Shown here: one piece after another, positions 54,871 to 57,397 of the stretch
How positions within the stretch are numbered: position 1 is the first letter of the stretch
Layout: every line of letters starts with the position of its first letter
DNA from: an uncultured Gammaproteobacteria bacterium
GTDB taxonomy: Bacteria > Patescibacteriota > Patescibacteriia > UBA1558 > GWA2-36-10
DNA length: 57,397 nucleotides
Direction: 5' to 3'
Assembly (NCBI GenBank): GCA_964604515.1
Contig: CAZRZA010000003.1
Span: 1-57,397, forward strand
Notes under the pieces: model-generated
The model's database searches: none
What the model was told of the DNA's origin: nothing
Seen by the model: the letters and a program-made list of their open reading frames with translations, nothing else
Program-made: the position numbers and the translations under genes

Positions 54871-55848
54871 ATGAAAAACTTTTGGCAAAAATTATCTAAA
54901 CCTATTATTACAACCACCCCTATGGCTGGTATTACTGATTCAGCTTGGCGACAAATATGTAAATCATATGGAGCTGATGTTGTGCATACTGAATTTGTTT
55001 CAGCTGATGCTTTATACTATGGTAGTAAGAAAACAATGCAGATGATTGCTTATCAAAAAGCAGAAATGCCAGTTGTGGTTCAATTATTTAGTAAAAGACC
55101 AGAAATGTATTCTAAAGCAGCTCAGATAGTAGAAGCAACAGGTGTTGCTGGCATTGATATTAATTTTGGTTGTCCTGCTAAAAAAGTAGCTAGTCATGGT
55201 GGTGGTATTTGTTTATTAAGAGACATGGATACTGTTAAAAGAATAGTTGAGGAAGTTACTTCTGCTGTTAAAATACCTGTTTCTGTTAAAACCAGAGCTA
55301 GTATTAAAGATTTAAATAAAGAAGGAGAATATATTACTGCTTTAGACTTTATTGATGCTTTAAAGGATTATCCTCTCTCAGCTATGATACTTCATGGCCG
55401 TAGTTATGAAAAACCTTTTACGGGTCCGGTAGATTTAGAAATGTTAAAAGAAGCTAATACTAGATTCAAAAAATACTTCCCTGATTCTATTTTCCTGATT
55501 AATGGTTTATTCCAAAATATAGAGTCTGTAGCTAAAGACTTAGAATATACCAAAGCTGATGGTATAGCTCTTTCACGGGCCTTATATGGCCAACCATGGC
55601 TCTTTAAACAGATTAAAGAGTATCTTAATACTGGTCAGTATACAGAAATAACTTGGAAAGAGAAAAAAGATACTATTATTAAGCATGCTCATTTGCTTTA
55701 TGAAGATAAAGGACCACAAGGTTTTAAAGAAATGAGGAAACATTTACTATTCTATACTAAAGGACATCCTCAAGCCACTCAATTAAGAAAAAGATTAGTT
55801 ACTGTTGAAAACCCTCCAGAAGTAGAAAATATATTAAAAGATATATAA
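54871..55848 (+). CDS. dus: tRNA-dihydrouridine synthase
   Basis: PMAGITD, NFGCPAKKV and HGRS motifs of the Dus TIM barrel. Confidence 0.9.
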   Translation: MKNFWQKLSKPIITTTPMAGITDSAWRQICKSYGADVVHTEFVSADALYYGSKKTMQMIAYQKAEMPVVVQLFSKRPEMYSKAAQIVEATGVAGIDINFGCPAKKVASHGGGICLLRDMDTVKRIVEEVTSAVKIPVSVKTRASIKDLNKEGEYITALDFIDALKDYPLSAMILHGRSYEKPFTGPVDLEMLKEANTRFKKYFPDSIFLINGLFQNIESVAKDLEYTKADGIALSRALYGQPWLFKQIKEYLNTGQYTEITWKEKKDTIIKHAHLLYEDKGPQGFKEMRKHLLFYTKGHPQATQLRKRLVTVENPPEVENILKDI

Positions 55849-55852
55849 CCTA

Positions 55853-55881
55853 TTGACAATATATTAAAAATATGCTACAAT
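55853..55881 (+). promoter_or_regulatory. Promoter TTGACA-17-(TGC)TACAAT
   Basis: Read directly, immediately after the dus stop. Confidence 0.65.
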
Positions 55882-55936
55882 ACTATATTAGTCAATGGTG
55901 ACTATGTTCATGAACAATAACAAAAAGGAGCTAGAA

Positions 55937-56692
55937 ATGGCAAAAAAAGTAAAAGAAAAAAAAGAAGTAGAAAATACTGGTAATGAAAATGAAGTTGAAG
56001 AACTTCAAATACCAGAGTTAGAAGAAGAGGTAGAAATAGTAGATAATAGTAAGCAAGTAGCTTACATTGGAATATTATTGTCTATTATATCCCTTATTGG
56101 ATTATTAATATTTGCCAGTATCGGTGATGGTAAAATTTCTGAATTAAAATCAGAAATTATAGTTATTACTGAAGATATTAAAAAAGACAAAGAGGATATA
56201 AGCTTCTTAGATGAAAAACTAGCTTACTTAAACGAAAAGTTTGTTAAAGCTAGCGAAGTGGTCAGAAATCTAGTATCTGTCTCAACAGTTAATGCAGAAA
56301 TGATTACTGCGGTGGCAGAAGAAGTTACAAACCTAGATTCTAGAGTTGAAAAAGTTGAAACAAGAATAACAACTGCTCAAAAAGGTGTTAATCGCCTAGC
56401 AAGAGCTCAACTTATAAATCTTGGTTATGATCAAGAAGAGGCCTGGGAATTAGCTAATCAGATATCTGTTAATCCTACTACAGACAAATGGGATAAGTTA
56501 TTCTGTAGTTCTAAATATAACCTTAAAAAGGTAAATGATAGAATTGCAAGTTTGAATAGCTCTAAAGCTAATATGAGCGTTGTTAATGAAGAGGTCAAAA
56601 AACTAAATGACCTACTTTTAAAAAAACACCATCTAGTGCTGAAACTTCTAAAAAAACATGGAACTCGCTCCATGAAAAATAAATTGAAGTGA
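55937..56692 (+). CDS. Hypothetical coiled-coil protein with one TM helix (start at MAKKVKEK; the track ORF begins at 55895)
   Basis: SD AAAGGAG lies 7 nt upstream of the ATG at 55937. Confidence 0.7.
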   Translation: MAKKVKEKKEVENTGNENEVEELQIPELEEEVEIVDNSKQVAYIGILLSIISLIGLLIFASIGDGKISELKSEIIVITEDIKKDKEDISFLDEKLAYLNEKFVKASEVVRNLVSVSTVNAEMITAVAEEVTNLDSRVEKVETRITTAQKGVNRLARAQLINLGYDQEEAWELANQISVNPTTDKWDKLFCSSKYNLKKVNDRIASLNSSKANMSVVNEEVKKLNDLLLKKHHLVLKLLKKHGTRSMKNKLK

Positions 56693-56704
56693 AAGGCTCT
56701 AACA

Positions 56705-56738
56705 ACAAACCCGTTGAATTTTATTCAACGGGTTTTTT
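56705..56738. terminator. Bidirectional intrinsic terminator
   Basis: AAACCCGTTGAAT-ttta-ATTCAACGGGTTTTTT. Confidence 0.8.
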
Positions 56739-56756
56739 CTTTCTTTTAAAATTTAA

Positions 56757-57397
56757 TTATAAGCTCTCAAATGCTTTTTCCATTTGTTCGTCTATAGTTA
56801 AAATTTTATGCTTACTACTAAGAGCATCAATTAATATCCTGACCCTAACTTCTGGATCCATATTTCCAGAACTACTAGCATCTAACTTATAATCTGGCTT
56901 ATGAATATTATCGCTAATACTATTTAAATTACTTTGAAGTTTATTCATATTAGCTATTACTTCTTCCCTAAATTTATTAAAGTTAGGTCTATCTCCATAT
57001 TTATCTGACCATTCGTCTAATATTTTAGGAAATGCTTTAATTTCTGTGCTTGTTGTATTATAATAATCTAAAATTTTATTCTGTTCAAAAGATGAGAATT
57101 GATCTGCAAACTCTAATACAGTACCATCATTTGTAGTTAATGTATTTTCTGTTATTTCTGCTGCATTAGTTATATCTTCTACCTCAGGATTAGTGTCTAT
57201 ATTCTCTGTTGTGGTATCTGGAACCTCTGTTGCAGCGCTATCTACTGTTGCTGGTTCTGTAGCTGGAGAAACTATTTCTGTTGCAGCGCTATCTACTGTT
57301 GCTGGTTCTGAGGTTACTACTGAAGTATCAACGGTTGCACTGTCTACTGTTGCTGGTTCTGTAGCTGGAGAAACTATTTCTGTTGCAGCGCTATCTA
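56757..57397 (-). CDS. Partial CDS (5' end beyond the right edge): protein with 17-aa Pro/Ala/Thr/Val-rich tandem repeats and a helical C-terminal domain
   Basis: Hand translation upstream of track ORF 56757..56948 stays open in frame to the window edge. It reads (PATVDSAATEIVSPATE)n ... NDGTVLEFADQFSSFEQNKILDYYN... Confidence 0.75.
   Translation of the reverse strand, partial: DSAATEIVSPATEPATVDSATVDTSVVTSEPATVDSAATEIVSPATEPATVDSAATEVPDTTTENIDTNPEVEDITNAAEITENTLTTNDGTVLEFADQFSSFEQNKILDYYNTTSTEIKAFPKILDEWSDKYGDRPNFNKFREEVIANMNKLQSNLNSISDNIHKPDYKLDASSSGNMDPEVRVRILIDALSSKHKILTIDEQMEKAFESL
57226..57397 (-). repeat. Tandem 51-bp coding repeat, at least 3.3 copies, continuing off the window
   Basis: TCTGTTGCAGCGCTATCTACTGTTGCTGGTTCTG recurs at 57226 and 57277. 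A 53-nt block recurs exactly 102 nt apart (57243 / 57345). Confidence 0.85.

Noticed and set aside
56757-56948. The 63-aa ORF reported as a separate gene.
   Set aside because: The reading frame stays open upstream of its Met all the way to the window edge, as verified codon by codon. It is the C-terminus of a longer, partial CDS.
1-57397. Alternative genetic code (UGA=Gly, as in Gracilibacteria/Absconditabacteria) or general TAA reassignment.
   Set aside because: All conserved genes are full-length under code 11. TAA terminates most genes at the expected C-termini, and Trp positions use TGG. The single in-frame TAA in secF is an isolated case.
57226-57397. Possible CRISPR array at the right edge.
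   Set aside because: The repeats are contiguous with no unique spacers, have a 51-bp period, and lie in an open reading frame encoding a 17-aa protein repeat. No cas genes are present.

Overview
AT-rich bacterial chromosome segment, roughly a quarter to a third GC by eye. Compact genes with frequent 1-30 nt overlaps, a DUF4012 glycan locus, a PduL/AckA pair and many small orphan proteins suggest Patescibacteria/CPR; this placement is inference, not a search result. The standard code (11) fits: genes are intact with TGA as stop and TGG as Trp. I support about 62 CDS, nearly all on the minus strand up to 41.6 kb. These include secD/secF, dnaX, lepA, murJ, a DUF4012 + 4x GT4 + WbaP-like glycan locus, two mreB, mreC, mreD, mrdA, greA, proS, rseP, frr, holB and rnhA. 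They also include recJ, ackA-pduL-pfkB, a ZIP transporter, pyrG, rplI, an S41 protease, murA, lexA, rpmA, ftsE/ftsX, an ftsB-like gene, corA and dus. RNA genes are two tRNA-Gln (CUG, UUG) and a type-A RNase P RNA. No CRISPR array, transposase, integrase or rRNA was seen. Observations worth follow-up:
- Two orphan promoter-to-terminator units that look like unannotated small RNAs (34.0 kb and 42.8 kb).
- A recurrent TGnTATAAT-N6-ATG architecture implying leaderless mRNAs.
- An orphan type-IV-coupling-protein-like ATPase operon with no other T4SS parts.
- A parvulin-like domain inserted in SecD.
- A clean in-frame TAA inside secF.
- A TTCGGT direct repeat filling the lexA promoter spacer.
- A tandem paralog cassette whose flanks are better conserved than its coding sequence.
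- A 17-aa tandem-repeat protein at the right edge.
All functional calls rest on motifs read from the supplied translations. No database search or RNA folding program was run.
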